Virus record (IMG/VR): IMGVR_UViG_3300042553_000685
Origin: a virus
Length of the DNA stretch: 64,000 bases
Strand: one strand, 5' to 3'
The notes beneath the pieces are model-generated. The model did not search any database, was not told the DNA's origin, and worked only from the letters and a program-made list of their open reading frames with translations. A program made the position numbers and the translations under genes. Numbering within the stretch: position 1 is the stretch's first letter; every line of letters starts with the position of its first letter. Of this stretch, positions 25,743-34,902 are shown in pieces.

Positions 25743-26626
25743 AACATTTAGTTAATCCAGATTCAGTTAAACCGTTGCAAAAGTTAGAATTGTTATCATT
25801 TAACTTTGAGGTGGTGCAAGTAAATGAGAAGGGTGAGCAAATTAACAAAGAGTCAAAGCAGTCCCAATATTTCAGCCAAGATTTAGACAACGACATCACC
25901 TTAGAAATGGTTGCCATCCCAGAGGGAACTTTCCTGATGGGTTCACCACAAGACGAAAAAGATAGTTACGATGATGAACGTCCTCAACATGAGGTTAACG
26001 TCCCCACCTTTTTCATGGGCAAGTATCCCATCACCCAAACACAGTGGAGAGCGATTGCCGCAACCGCTAAAATAGACATCGACCTAGAGACAAACCCTTC
26101 TGAATTCAAAGGGGATGAGCTACCCGTAGAAAGTGTCAACTGGTATCAAGCAACGGAATTTTGTAAACGACTATCAAGAGAAACAAAACGGGAGTATCGA
26201 CTACCGAGTGAGGCGGAATGGGAGTACGCTTGTCGTGCTGGAACCACCACCCCATTTTACTTTGGGGAAACCATTACGGGGGAATTGGCTAACTACAATA
26301 CTAACAAAACCTACGTCGAGGAATATCGAAACGAAACAACTCCCGTGGGACAATTTCCCCCAAACGCTTTTGGACTGTACGATATGTACGGCAATGTCTG
26401 GGAATGGTGCGCCGATACTTGGCACGATAACTATGACGGGGCGCCGACGGATGGCAGTGCTTGGATAGAAAATGGGGATGATAATCGTTCTCCTCTGCGG
26501 GGCGGGGCTTGGTACACCTTTCCGTATCGCTGCCGTTCTGCTCACCGCAACATCGACGCCCGCCGCTACAGCCGCAGCTTCCTTTACGGTTTTCGGGTGG
26601 TGTGCAGTGCTGAAAGGACTCTGTAG
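25739..26626 (+). CDS. FGE-sulfatase (SUMF1-like) domain protein
   Basis: EGTFLMGSP, HEVNVPTFFMGKYPITQTQW, YRLPSEAEWEYACRAG, GLYDMYGNVWEWC, RGGAW, GFRVVC; long near-identical nucleotide stretches with 1740-2750. Confidence 0.85.
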   Translation: MKHLVNPDSVKPLQKLELLSFNFEVVQVNEKGEQINKESKQSQYFSQDLDNDITLEMVAIPEGTFLMGSPQDEKDSYDDERPQHEVNVPTFFMGKYPITQTQWRAIAATAKIDIDLETNPSEFKGDELPVESVNWYQATEFCKRLSRETKREYRLPSEAEWEYACRAGTTTPFYFGETITGELANYNTNKTYVEEYRNETTPVGQFPPNAFGLYDMYGNVWEWCADTWHDNYDGAPTDGSAWIENGDDNRSPLRGGAWYTFPYRCRSAHRNIDARRYSRSFLYGFRVVCSAERTL

Positions 26627-26677
26627 CAAAAAGGAATTCAACTTAGTGCTAGCAGACTTGCAAAAATTAGGTGGCCG

Positions 26678-26899
26678 ATGCCCTCAGCTGCGCCACTGAT
26701 ACTTGATTTGTTAGATATGCAAACTGTGATTAAAGCCATGCAAGAAATATACCATAGGTATCCAGATATAGAGCCTCGTATTAAGAAGAGCGACTATGCT
26801 ATGTTATCTTATATATTGTGTGTAATTATGTACAATGTAGATGATGTTCCTAGACATATTGGTAACTATCTAAGGAGTTTACGTTATACAGCAGATTGA
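26678..26899 (+). CDS. hypothetical protein, probable 3' remainder of the split gene
   Basis: 73-aa ORF starting inside the right copy of the direct repeat. Confidence 0.4.
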   Translation: MPSAAPLILDLLDMQTVIKAMQEIYHRYPDIEPRIKKSDYAMLSYILCVIMYNVDDVPRHIGNYLRSLRYTAD

Positions 26900-26995
26900 C
26901 CAATTATTTACTTTGAATGTAGGGGTTATATATACGTTTAATATTGCAAGTGAACTATTCGCTTTGCGTTCTTATATATGCCTGTCTATATCATA

Positions 26996-27064
26996 TAACC
27001 TCTAGCAATCAATGATTAAGTCGACCTTCAATCCGTTAGCTTAATCATTGATTGCTAGAGGTTA
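26996..27064. repeat. long perfect inverted repeat
   Basis: 25-bp arms taacctctagcaatcaatgattaag / cttaatcattgattgctagaggtta separated by 19 nt. Confidence 0.85.
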
Positions 27065-27166
27065 ACTGTGCAGTCAGCCGGGGGGCGTTAGTCAAATTAA
27101 TATTAACCTCACTATCAAACAACTTTCTAGGGTACACAAGATTAATCACACAATTGGAGTATAGCC

Positions 27167-28318
27167 ATGATTAACATGAAGGCTCACACCGTATATATGG
27201 TCGTGAGGCCATATTCACAAAAGAAGAAGATATTAATGAGGGCCGCTCAGGAAGTAGGGGCCCTTTATGTAGAGAGCCCTCATCTACTAGAGAATACGAT
27301 ATCGTATCCTAGCTCTCTCTCAGCGCACCACGTGCTAGTAGAAATTAAGAATCAAGAAGAGGCCGATCAGGTTATAATGATGGCGGGCTGCCATCACTAC
27401 GGCGTAGGAGAAATACTATTCAATGCCGAGAGCAGCGTAGGAGCTGAGCTCAGTCATCTTATAGAACGGCAGGAAGATATAGCGCTTAGTGTAGAGCAAG
27501 TGCCTCACTACACTATGAATGATGAGGCCCTAGTAGTAGGGGATATTCATGGTTGTTACGGCCATCTGCGTGCGCTACTTAGAAAGGCGGGCTTCTTATT
27601 TGCAGGGGATGAGATTACTCATTACCCCATGCAATTAGTGCTCAATGGAGACCTAGTGAATAAGGGCCCCAGCTCTGCTGACGTTATTAGATTCGTGTAC
27701 TCTAACCTAGGTCACCCTGACTTCAAGGTCGTACTAGGTAATCACGAGCTCTATATTATGCAGCACATAGATGATGAGAAGCCTATTAGTCGCTACTTCG
27801 ATTATCTCACTACAGTTAATAGTAATCGCATGCAGCGTAATATGTTCACTGAGATATATAGGAAGAGTGTGCCCTACCTCGTATCCCATAGTCGTACCTC
27901 TGCTGTTCACCACTCTCCTTGCGACTATAAGTATGTAGGTAAGTCTGACCCTATCTCTATACAGAAGCAGATTCACCTACCCAGTATTCGAGGTCAGGCC
28001 AATAAGCAGAATACCAGCGTAGATGAAATACTATATCCGTACTTCAATGGCCAGCCGAACTGGCCATTAGTTGTTAATGGTCATGTCACTACTAAGCACC
28101 CGCTACTAATTAATAACCGCGCTATGATTGATACAGGCGCCTTCCTAGGCTGTTATCTAACAGCAGCTCATGTCATGGGCTCTACCTGTCAATTCATATC
28201 CACAGAGAATGTGAACTCCGCGCGTAATACTATGCGCCTTAATCCCATTGCGTCTGCAATACAGGATGCAAGTAGCGTTAGAAGAAACGTGCCTCATTTG
28301 GTTAAGGCTTCAGCCTAG
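27167..28318 (+). CDS. PPP-family metallophosphatase (lambda phosphatase / ApaH-like) with extra N-domain
   Basis: VVGDIHGCYGHL, LNGDLVNKGP, VLGNHE motifs after an N-terminal extension of about 130 aa. Confidence 0.8.
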   Translation: MINMKAHTVYMVVRPYSQKKKILMRAAQEVGALYVESPHLLENTISYPSSLSAHHVLVEIKNQEEADQVIMMAGCHHYGVGEILFNAESSVGAELSHLIERQEDIALSVEQVPHYTMNDEALVVGDIHGCYGHLRALLRKAGFLFAGDEITHYPMQLVLNGDLVNKGPSSADVIRFVYSNLGHPDFKVVLGNHELYIMQHIDDEKPISRYFDYLTTVNSNRMQRNMFTEIYRKSVPYLVSHSRTSAVHHSPCDYKYVGKSDPISIQKQIHLPSIRGQANKQNTSVDEILYPYFNGQPNWPLVVNGHVTTKHPLLINNRAMIDTGAFLGCYLTAAHVMGSTCQFISTENVNSARNTMRLNPIASAIQDASSVRRNVPHLVKASA

Positions 28319-28336
28319 TCGCGTACGTTGTTACCG

Positions 28337-28363
28337 ATAACCCCGCACGGAACGCGGGGTTAT
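28337..28363 (+). terminator. hairpin after phosphatase gene
   Basis: 10-bp stem ataaccccgc/gcggggttat, 7-nt loop; weak T-tract. Confidence 0.4.
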
Positions 28364-28477
28364 TAACTTATTGTGCAACATTTAACCTTCTTAAACTTAT
28401 CCATTACCGAGTAAATATATATTAGGTATGGCATCACCAGTAATGGTGAAGGCCATTGCCTGCAAAGCACAAAGCAT

Positions 28478-28663
28478 ATGAATAATCAAACACCTATCGA
28501 GAGTTTCTCTTTAGCGAATATTAAATTTGACTATAATGCAGAACCAATCTGGGAATTAGCGGCTCGACTTTCTGCTAAAATTCCCAATGAAGAATGGGCA
28601 AAACTACCAAAAGATTTAGCCCAAAACTTTGATCATTATCAACAACAACAGGATCAAAAATGA
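28478..28663 (+). CDS. small hypothetical protein
   Basis: 61-aa ORF overlapping the next start (ATGA). Confidence 0.4.
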   Translation: MNNQTPIESFSLANIKFDYNAEPIWELAARLSAKIPNEEWAKLPKDLAQNFDHYQQQQDQK

Positions 28664-29472
28664 GATGCACCCAGACTCAATTATCTACCTTTAACTTTAA
28701 CAACCAAGAAATCCGCGTTATAATCATTGATAATGAGCCTTGGTTTATAGCAGCCGACGTTTGCGCTGTTCTCGAACACACTAATACGTCAGTAGCTCTA
28801 CTTCGGTTAAAGGTGTATGAAAAACAATTAGTTGACCCTAAACAATACTTAGGGTCAGTCTCAAATCAATATATATCAGCCATTTCAGAATCTGGCTTAT
28901 ATAGATTAGTACTCAGCAGCCGCAAACCACAGGCAGAGTTATTTCAAGACTGGGTAGTACAAGAAGTACTACCTACCATTCGCAAGACTGGCCGCTATTC
29001 TGTTAGTGATTTCAAGATACCTACTACTTATGGTGAGGCCTTACTCGAAGCGGGGCGCCTGGCCTTAGAATTAGAACAAACTAATGCCACCTTAGAACAA
29101 GTTAATGCTACCTTAGAAGAACAAGCCCCACTAATTAAATTAGCAGAGACGTTGACAGTCAAAGACGTTGATGCTGTCCTAATAGGAGATTTGGCTAAAG
29201 CTTATGGTGTAGGTCGTACAACGTTCTTCGATATGTTGCGTGACATTCGCTTTATTATGATGATGCCAAGTCGGCTACCCTATCAGCGACATGTATTAGC
29301 TGCCAGAGCAGAGGTGTTCCGCAAAGAGCGCCTCCATCAACCTGGTATCTTTGATAGCGTTACTGTTATAACGGCTAAAGGTCAGTTATACATAGCGAAG
29401 AAGTTAAAGCAACTAGAATGTGCTAAGTTAGTAGAATCGCAACTAGAAGCCGCGTACGAGCTTGTAGAATAA
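28660..29472 (+). CDS. phage antirepressor (Bro-N domain + KilAC-like C-domain)
   Basis: FNFNNQEIRVIIIDNEPWFIAADVCAVLE ... SESGLYRLVLSSRKPQAELFQDWVVQEVLPTIRKTG is a classic Bro-N signature. Confidence 0.8.
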   Translation: MRCTQTQLSTFNFNNQEIRVIIIDNEPWFIAADVCAVLEHTNTSVALLRLKVYEKQLVDPKQYLGSVSNQYISAISESGLYRLVLSSRKPQAELFQDWVVQEVLPTIRKTGRYSVSDFKIPTTYGEALLEAGRLALELEQTNATLEQVNATLEEQAPLIKLAETLTVKDVDAVLIGDLAKAYGVGRTTFFDMLRDIRFIMMMPSRLPYQRHVLAARAEVFRKERLHQPGIFDSVTVITAKGQLYIAKKLKQLECAKLVESQLEAAYELVE

Positions 29473-29503
29473 TACTGTTCTCGTAAACCACAATTACAAC
29501 TTA

Positions 29504-29806
29504 TTGACTATGACTATTATGAAACTCATTAATTATCTATTGGAAAAACTCGGCAAGGTACAGTTCCGTACACTGCTTGTAGCTATCGGCTTATTATTGG
29601 CCTATAGTCTGGCGGTTATTATTGGTCGTCTTGTTTACGCAGCGGGGGTGTTGGGCCTCGGCGATGTGCTCTGTATGTTGGGCCTCTATCACGCGTGGCG
29701 GGCTATCGCAGACCTCGTACCATCAGTTACTCAATTATTAGTTAGTCCACCGACTAATCCACCGACTTCTATTAATCTCGAAACTGAAGGACTAGGCAAT
29801 AAGTAA
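29504..29806 (+). CDS. small membrane protein
   Basis: 100-aa ORF with two hydrophobic segments. Confidence 0.45.
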   Translation: MTMTIMKLINYLLEKLGKVQFRTLLVAIGLLLAYSLAVIIGRLVYAAGVLGLGDVLCMLGLYHAWRAIADLVPSVTQLLVSPPTNPPTSINLETEGLGNK

Positions 29807-29920
29807 CAACTGGTCCAGCACCTAATTAAGAGCACCGTAAGCCTAGTTAGGAAATCGCCCACATAATGCCATGCTCACGGCCATAGTAATTTACTTAGGT
29901 AGGAGAGCATAATTATTTGT

Positions 29921-30018
29921 AGGATAGGTTAGCGGTAGCGTAACCCACACGAGTGTTGGGCTTCATGCCTCAACCGTTCGGCTGAGGTCACGGTTGAAGC
30001 CCAACCTATGTTTATCCT
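29921..30018. ncRNA. candidate structured RNA (nested three-helix rod)
   Basis: Outer aggataggtt / aacctat..atcct, middle 11-bp gttgggcttca (29955-29965) / tgaagcccaac (29995-30005), inner cctca..tgagg hairpin; intergenic. Confidence 0.3.
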
Positions 30019-30063
30019 ATATTTAATTCTGGCTACCTAATTAATCACATTAAGTAAATAAGT

Positions 30064-30225
30064 ATGGCTAAGTTCAATTCAGATACAGCGTCTAGTATGG
30101 GGCGCCGCGGTGGTGAGAAGACAGCTCAGAATAAAGAGCACATGAGAGAGATAGGTCGTCGGGGCGGACTGAAGGCCCAACAGCGGCTCGCTGAGAAGAA
30201 ACAGCAGCGTCCATTAGATGACTAG
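30064..30225 (+). CDS. small KGG-repeat (stress-induced) type protein
   Basis: Manually read 53-aa ORF: ...MGRRGGEKTAQNKEHMREIGRRGGLKAQQ..., two GRRGG repeats as in the KGG motif family. Confidence 0.45.
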   Translation: MAKFNSDTASSMGRRGGEKTAQNKEHMREIGRRGGLKAQQRLAEKKQQRPLDD

Positions 30226-30897
30226 TAGATTATAGGTCACTATATTAACTATATCATTCACCTGCGTGGTATCCATAGCTGTACCCCCCTCCCCTATGAA
30301 GTGGACGCTAATGAGAGCTATAGGGCTATCATCATCCAATAATAGTTGCTGATATAAATGTCGCACTCCTATTATATCTAGATGAGCCCGCTGCTTAAAG
30401 CTAAGTAGTATAGAGTTAGCATCAGTCTTCATAAAGGATCGGGTACTAGCGTGTTGCACTAAAGTAGGTAGGTCATAGCAATGGTCGCTAATTAATACCT
30501 GTCTATAGAGATTAGCTATACTGCTAATCCCGGGGGCCAGACTCTCATGAGTACACGTCATCTTGAGGAACTTAAGACCAGATATACTGCGACCAGGATT
30601 ATGGAACTGGTGGAGTAAGACTCTATCGGCCGCCGTTGTAATCCGTATCTGGTTGAGTAGATCAAGGATATAAATGTCTTTATCTATAGTGCTAACATGG
30701 CGTATCAGATCTTGTATAGCGTACCTGCGCTCTATCTGATTGCGGAATATCCATCGCCCAATAAAGATTATAATAAATAGAGTCAGACTAAACGTGTTCT
30801 GCCATAGGAAATCAGTGACCTGCGGTAGAGCTTCCTTAACCAGAGTGTGCGGAGCTAAATGAATAGTGTAGGCCTTATCATTCTGTGGTACATTCAT
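30214..30897 (-). CDS. membrane-anchored protein, possible GAF-like domain
   Basis: 227-aa ORF; TM segment FSLTLFIIIFIGRWIF; domain call tentative. Confidence 0.5.
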   Translation of the reverse strand: MNVPQNDKAYTIHLAPHTLVKEALPQVTDFLWQNTFSLTLFIIIFIGRWIFRNQIERRYAIQDLIRHVSTIDKDIYILDLLNQIRITTAADRVLLHQFHNPGRSISGLKFLKMTCTHESLAPGISSIANLYRQVLISDHCYDLPTLVQHASTRSFMKTDANSILLSFKQRAHLDIIGVRHLYQQLLLDDDSPIALISVHFIGEGGTAMDTTQVNDIVNIVTYNLLVI

Positions 30898-30989
30898 GTT
30901 TGATGGGGCATTCCTCAGGCCTTTAAGTACATCCTTAAGTTAGTGTTTAGGTGCTTCTAGTTTTATATTTATTCACGAGGACTTTGTAG

Positions 30990-32465
30990 GTGAATTATAA
31001 TTATGATAGTCAATTAGGGCTTGCCTGTATTACTGATACTGAGCGCAATATTAAGGTATTCTGTCCTGTGGCCCGCCCAGGGCAGAGGTATGAGGCCACT
31101 ATAGCCTATACTATGGCACGATATTCTCGCAGTGCTGAGTCAGTAGAGAATCTACTCAATGAGGCGCGGGGAGTAGATGCAGATAAACGTCTTCATAATA
31201 TATTCTATAATTATGGTCACGGTAGTGTACAGGGCCTGGCCATGTTATCAGTGTGCTTTGAAGGTATTCCCCTATGGTTTGCCTTCTATCTGTTCAATAC
31301 TATGCCTCTAGGAGCAGGGCAGGAACGCAGTACTCGTTATCAGAAGATGGGCGATTACTATAGAGTCGGTAATGAGTCCTATGACGAGTCAATGGAATAT
31401 CTATTCAGTGCATATGAGGAACTCTATGAGCCCACTCGAGAGGTATTGGCCCGCGCTTACGACGTAGACATGAGCGATAAACGCCAGGTACAGGCGCTGG
31501 ATGCCCGTACGCTGGACTGTACGCGTTATCTATTACCTATGGGAGCCCGCACTAGTCTGGGTATCACATCGGATGCCGAGACGTGGAGTCGATTCATCAG
31601 TGACCTACTGAGTAATCAAATTAACTCGGGGCCCGATGAGTTATACAGTGCCATTGGGCACATGCTGAAGCAACTACTGGGTGGTTGTCCTGAGCTAGAG
31701 GCCCAGGGCTACGTAGCAGGTGCCCCTGGGCTCATACGTCATGCAGAGGCACGGCATGACCTAAGCGTTAGTCTAGGTAACATGGCGCGGGCAGCTCAGT
31801 CATCTCTCACTGTTAATATGAGAGATGAATATTATCGCTCAAAGCTAGTAATTGTACAGGAGCAAGACCGCGATATCGTTGGTAACCTCGCCCTATTACT
31901 TCAGAATGATGTGTACCGGCCAGCCCTAGTCCTATCTACTGGTAGAAGACTATTAGCTACGCTGCAAGAGGAGTTGACTACGTGGCGGCATTACGATAGA
32001 CTACCTACTCAGTTCAATGCCCCGCATATGTACATGAGTGGTTATATGGATGTAGGTGCGGCCCGCGACTTCAATCGCCATCGCAGTATATGGCGGTACT
32101 TTCCTGCTCTAACTAATGTAGAGCTATTACGGGGAGATACTGGTTATACTCTACCACTCTATGTAGAGCACCTCCCTATAGCTGAGCGTTATAGAGAGGT
32201 GCTGGATAAGTATTACGAGACACTAGGCGGCCCTGCTATACAGTACCGTATACCACTAGCCCATAATATACGATACTGTATAGGTGGCACACATAAGCAT
32301 ATGGCCTATGTGTGCCAGCTTCGCTCTCGAGTAGGGGGGCATATTAACTATCGTGTGATAGCTAATGAGTGGGCCAATAGTATAGCTGAGGTTAATCCAC
32401 TATTCGACCTTACTCACATCATACGTGTAGTCGAGAATGGCCGAGATGAGTTCCTGAGTCGTTAG
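30990..32465 (+). CDS. thyX: ThyX-like FAD-dependent thymidylate synthase, long form
   Basis: GHGSV...QERSTRY in the N-half and the signature NRHRS in the C-half; 491 aa, about twice canonical ThyX length. Confidence 0.6.
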   Translation: MNYNYDSQLGLACITDTERNIKVFCPVARPGQRYEATIAYTMARYSRSAESVENLLNEARGVDADKRLHNIFYNYGHGSVQGLAMLSVCFEGIPLWFAFYLFNTMPLGAGQERSTRYQKMGDYYRVGNESYDESMEYLFSAYEELYEPTREVLARAYDVDMSDKRQVQALDARTLDCTRYLLPMGARTSLGITSDAETWSRFISDLLSNQINSGPDELYSAIGHMLKQLLGGCPELEAQGYVAGAPGLIRHAEARHDLSVSLGNMARAAQSSLTVNMRDEYYRSKLVIVQEQDRDIVGNLALLLQNDVYRPALVLSTGRRLLATLQEELTTWRHYDRLPTQFNAPHMYMSGYMDVGAARDFNRHRSIWRYFPALTNVELLRGDTGYTLPLYVEHLPIAERYREVLDKYYETLGGPAIQYRIPLAHNIRYCIGGTHKHMAYVCQLRSRVGGHINYRVIANEWANSIAEVNPLFDLTHIIRVVENGRDEFLSR

Positions 32466-33373
32466 GCCGCGCGTATTATGAATGAGTAGTTGATGCCGAT
32501 ATTAGGCCATATCCAGGATGTTAAATCAGGGACGCTGAAGAGAGTAGTATCAGGACAAAAATCCCCCCTAGTACCTGTCAACGAGAATAGCAATGGGTAT
32601 TGCGTCTTGCTGATACACCGCCCATCGCATGGTATCCAATTAGTAGGGTAGCTAGGGACGGGTGATTGCATAACAGGCCATATGATTATAGAACCTATTG
32701 CAAGGCCCGCCTGGCTGAAGCTATCCGCTATTTTCTGATTAACCCAGTCTACTCGAGCTATACTGTCATTAGTAGTGGGCGATACAGTACGGGGGTTACC
32801 CGTTAGGAAAGGACTATCTATATTAGCCTTAGTGTTCGATAGATTAGTTACTTGTGTCTGTAGACTACCTACAGTATTCTGTAATGCTACTATCTTGGGT
32901 ATCTCTAGATTGAGCTTGTCATTTAAAGCGCTGACTGTGGCATTGATGGTGGCTATCTGAGCAGTTAGTTGATTACTCAATGTAGTAAATTGAGACTGTA
33001 GACCACTGATGGCAGTTGTGTTAGTATCGCAGCATGTCTGTAGGTTCTTAATTATAGTTAGCTCACCTACGACAGCAGCTAGGTTATTAATTAGATCATT
33101 GACTAACTGCTGTATGTTCTCAATGATCCGCCGTAGCTCACCGTCACCGAATAGATCGTCGCGTAATTCCTCTAGTTCATTCTCTAGAGTGGCTATATCA
33201 GCCAGCATGTCGGCAATAAACGCAAACGCCCGCACTGTGTCAGATAGATCGTATATAGTATTGGCGGCCTGTGTTCCCGTATGATTGGCGCGATTAGCAG
33301 CCTCTAGAAAGTTATTGTCGAGTTCAGCACAAGTAAGAGGACTTCCCTTACTCACCGATAGTATAATTGGCAT
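32462..33373 (-). CDS. tail-fibre protein with coiled coil and phage tail-collar domain
   Basis: C-terminal NWIPCDGRCISKTQYPLLFSLTG...FSVPDL matches the tail-collar pattern (W.CDG...YP.LF...G...F..PDL); central heptad-rich region. Confidence 0.7.
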   Translation of the reverse strand: MPIILSVSKGSPLTCAELDNNFLEAANRANHTGTQAANTIYDLSDTVRAFAFIADMLADIATLENELEELRDDLFGDGELRRIIENIQQLVNDLINNLAAVVGELTIIKNLQTCCDTNTTAISGLQSQFTTLSNQLTAQIATINATVSALNDKLNLEIPKIVALQNTVGSLQTQVTNLSNTKANIDSPFLTGNPRTVSPTTNDSIARVDWVNQKIADSFSQAGLAIGSIIIWPVMQSPVPSYPTNWIPCDGRCISKTQYPLLFSLTGTRGDFCPDTTLFSVPDLTSWIWPNIGINYSFIIRAA

Positions 33374-33448
33374 AGAATTGTAGCTAGTGGTTAATTTGGT
33401 TATACTATCGGTGTATGGCGTTCTGTAAGCATTAGAAAGGAGATATCA

Positions 33449-33673
33449 GTGAGTAGCGAAATGTGGCATATGGATATAGCAAATCCCTATCAGGTGCCAA
33501 TTACTATATATAGTGATTGGCACCACCTAAATGATATAGTCCTTAGGCCTAATAGTGGTCTAAGGACTAGCTACGAGATAGAGGATGGATACGAGTTATA
33601 TATTAGTCGGCTCTATCGAGTTAAGCCTAATGAGGCGCCTAGATTGTACGTTGGATACCGCATAAAGGATTAA
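33449..33673 (+). CDS. hypothetical protein
   Basis: 74-aa ORF. Confidence 0.4.
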   Translation: MSSEMWHMDIANPYQVPITIYSDWHHLNDIVLRPNSGLRTSYEIEDGYELYISRLYRVKPNEAPRLYVGYRIKD

Positions 33674-33677
33674 ATTA

Positions 33678-34037
33678 ATGCATTATACAGTTGAATTTAG
33701 TGGTACACGTGGTAGATTGTATACACAGCTCTCTGCTAGTTACACATTTGCAGATACCACGCTGCCCCGCACCATTACTCTAACCCTAAGCCCCGGCGCA
33801 GAAGTATCGATTGATCTAATCGATATTACTGCGCTACAGGTAATAGGTCTCTCGTGTGAGACAGGTTCTGTTAACCTCAGTGTTATCAATAATGGTAGCT
33901 CTATTATTAATCTACCAAAAGTAGTAGCTGGCTCCTATCACTTTAATAATGTAAACATAGTCGATGCTAAGATAGAATTAGAAGCCGTAGGCACTGCGCC
34001 CGTACCGCTACAGTTAGTATACGCCGGCGTGGCATGA
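33678..34037 (+). CDS. hypothetical protein
   Basis: 119-aa ORF. Confidence 0.45.
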   Translation: MHYTVEFSGTRGRLYTQLSASYTFADTTLPRTITLTLSPGAEVSIDLIDITALQVIGLSCETGSVNLSVINNGSSIINLPKVVAGSYHFNNVNIVDAKIELEAVGTAPVPLQLVYAGVA

Positions 34038-34612
34038 CCTGTCCACTAAAGTGGCAGCAGGCCTGCCGTAATCTGGATATAGCATGTCATAAATGTAGAG
34101 CTGAGATAGGAGAGGGTGAGCTGGCCTATTTACCACTGGCTGGTAGCCCCTCTATTAAGAGTCACCCCGCATATGAGAAGCCCCCTCCGCCCCCTCGCAA
34201 GCAGACTAACACTGCATCGCAGCAGACTAACACTGCATCGAAGATAGGACGCGCTACTGAAAGACGCGTATTACGGAATCTAGGTGCAAGAACAACAGTG
34301 GCCAGTGGAGCCATCTTCGGAGACGGGGATGGCTCTATTGTTATAGATGGGGAGACCTGGCGTATAGAACATAAGACACGGGTGGCCCGGCGTAATACAC
34401 TAGGCCCTACTGAAGATGAGTGGGCTACTGCTCAGGCGCAGGGGTGCCGCCTATTCATCACTACTCATAATAATCGAAGTGTCGTTACCATGGATATAGC
34501 TGATCTCAAGAGCCTAGTCGTATTGCCACCCGAGTTTACGGAGGGCGTTAACGAAGAAGCGGGGGGCCCAGCTCACTCGAGCGATGCCGAAGTCGCGGGG
34601 CAGCTCGAGTAG
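34034..34612 (+). CDS. hypothetical protein, possible PD-(D/E)xK nuclease
   Basis: N-terminal Cys cluster; GDGDGSIVIDGETWRIEHKTR resembles a D...E.K nuclease motif; contains 18-nt tandem duplication gcagactaacactgcatc x2 at about 34201. Confidence 0.45.
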   Translation: MTCPLKWQQACRNLDIACHKCRAEIGEGELAYLPLAGSPSIKSHPAYEKPPPPPRKQTNTASQQTNTASKIGRATERRVLRNLGARTTVASGAIFGDGDGSIVIDGETWRIEHKTRVARRNTLGPTEDEWATAQAQGCRLFITTHNNRSVVTMDIADLKSLVVLPPEFTEGVNEEAGGPAHSSDAEVAGQLE

Positions 34613-34902
34613 CACATTCACTGCCTCCACCTGTAGACCGAGTGTAGCGAAGGTGCGTTCGATGCTCAACTTAACAATACTTACAAAGTACGCGATGGGG
34701 TTCTTAACGAGGCGCCCTTGCCGGTTGAATGGAATAGTCTTACCATGGAGAACACGGCTACCGCACTCACTACGGATTGCCTGAGCCACAAGGCAATTCT
34801 CCATCGGCGAGACTCATTCCTAGTAGTCTTTTTTCTACTTAAACATCCCCAAAAGTCGCTAAGTGTGTTACACTATAGTCAGATACAAACTTTTAACCAC
34901 AA

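Noticed and set aside
34514-34804. Minus-strand ORF with an IERTFATL string reminiscent of IS4/IS5 transposase C-termini
   Set aside because: This is only one short motif. About 100 nt overlap the 3' end of a better-supported plus-strand gene, and there is no DDE context. It may be IS debris but cannot be supported.
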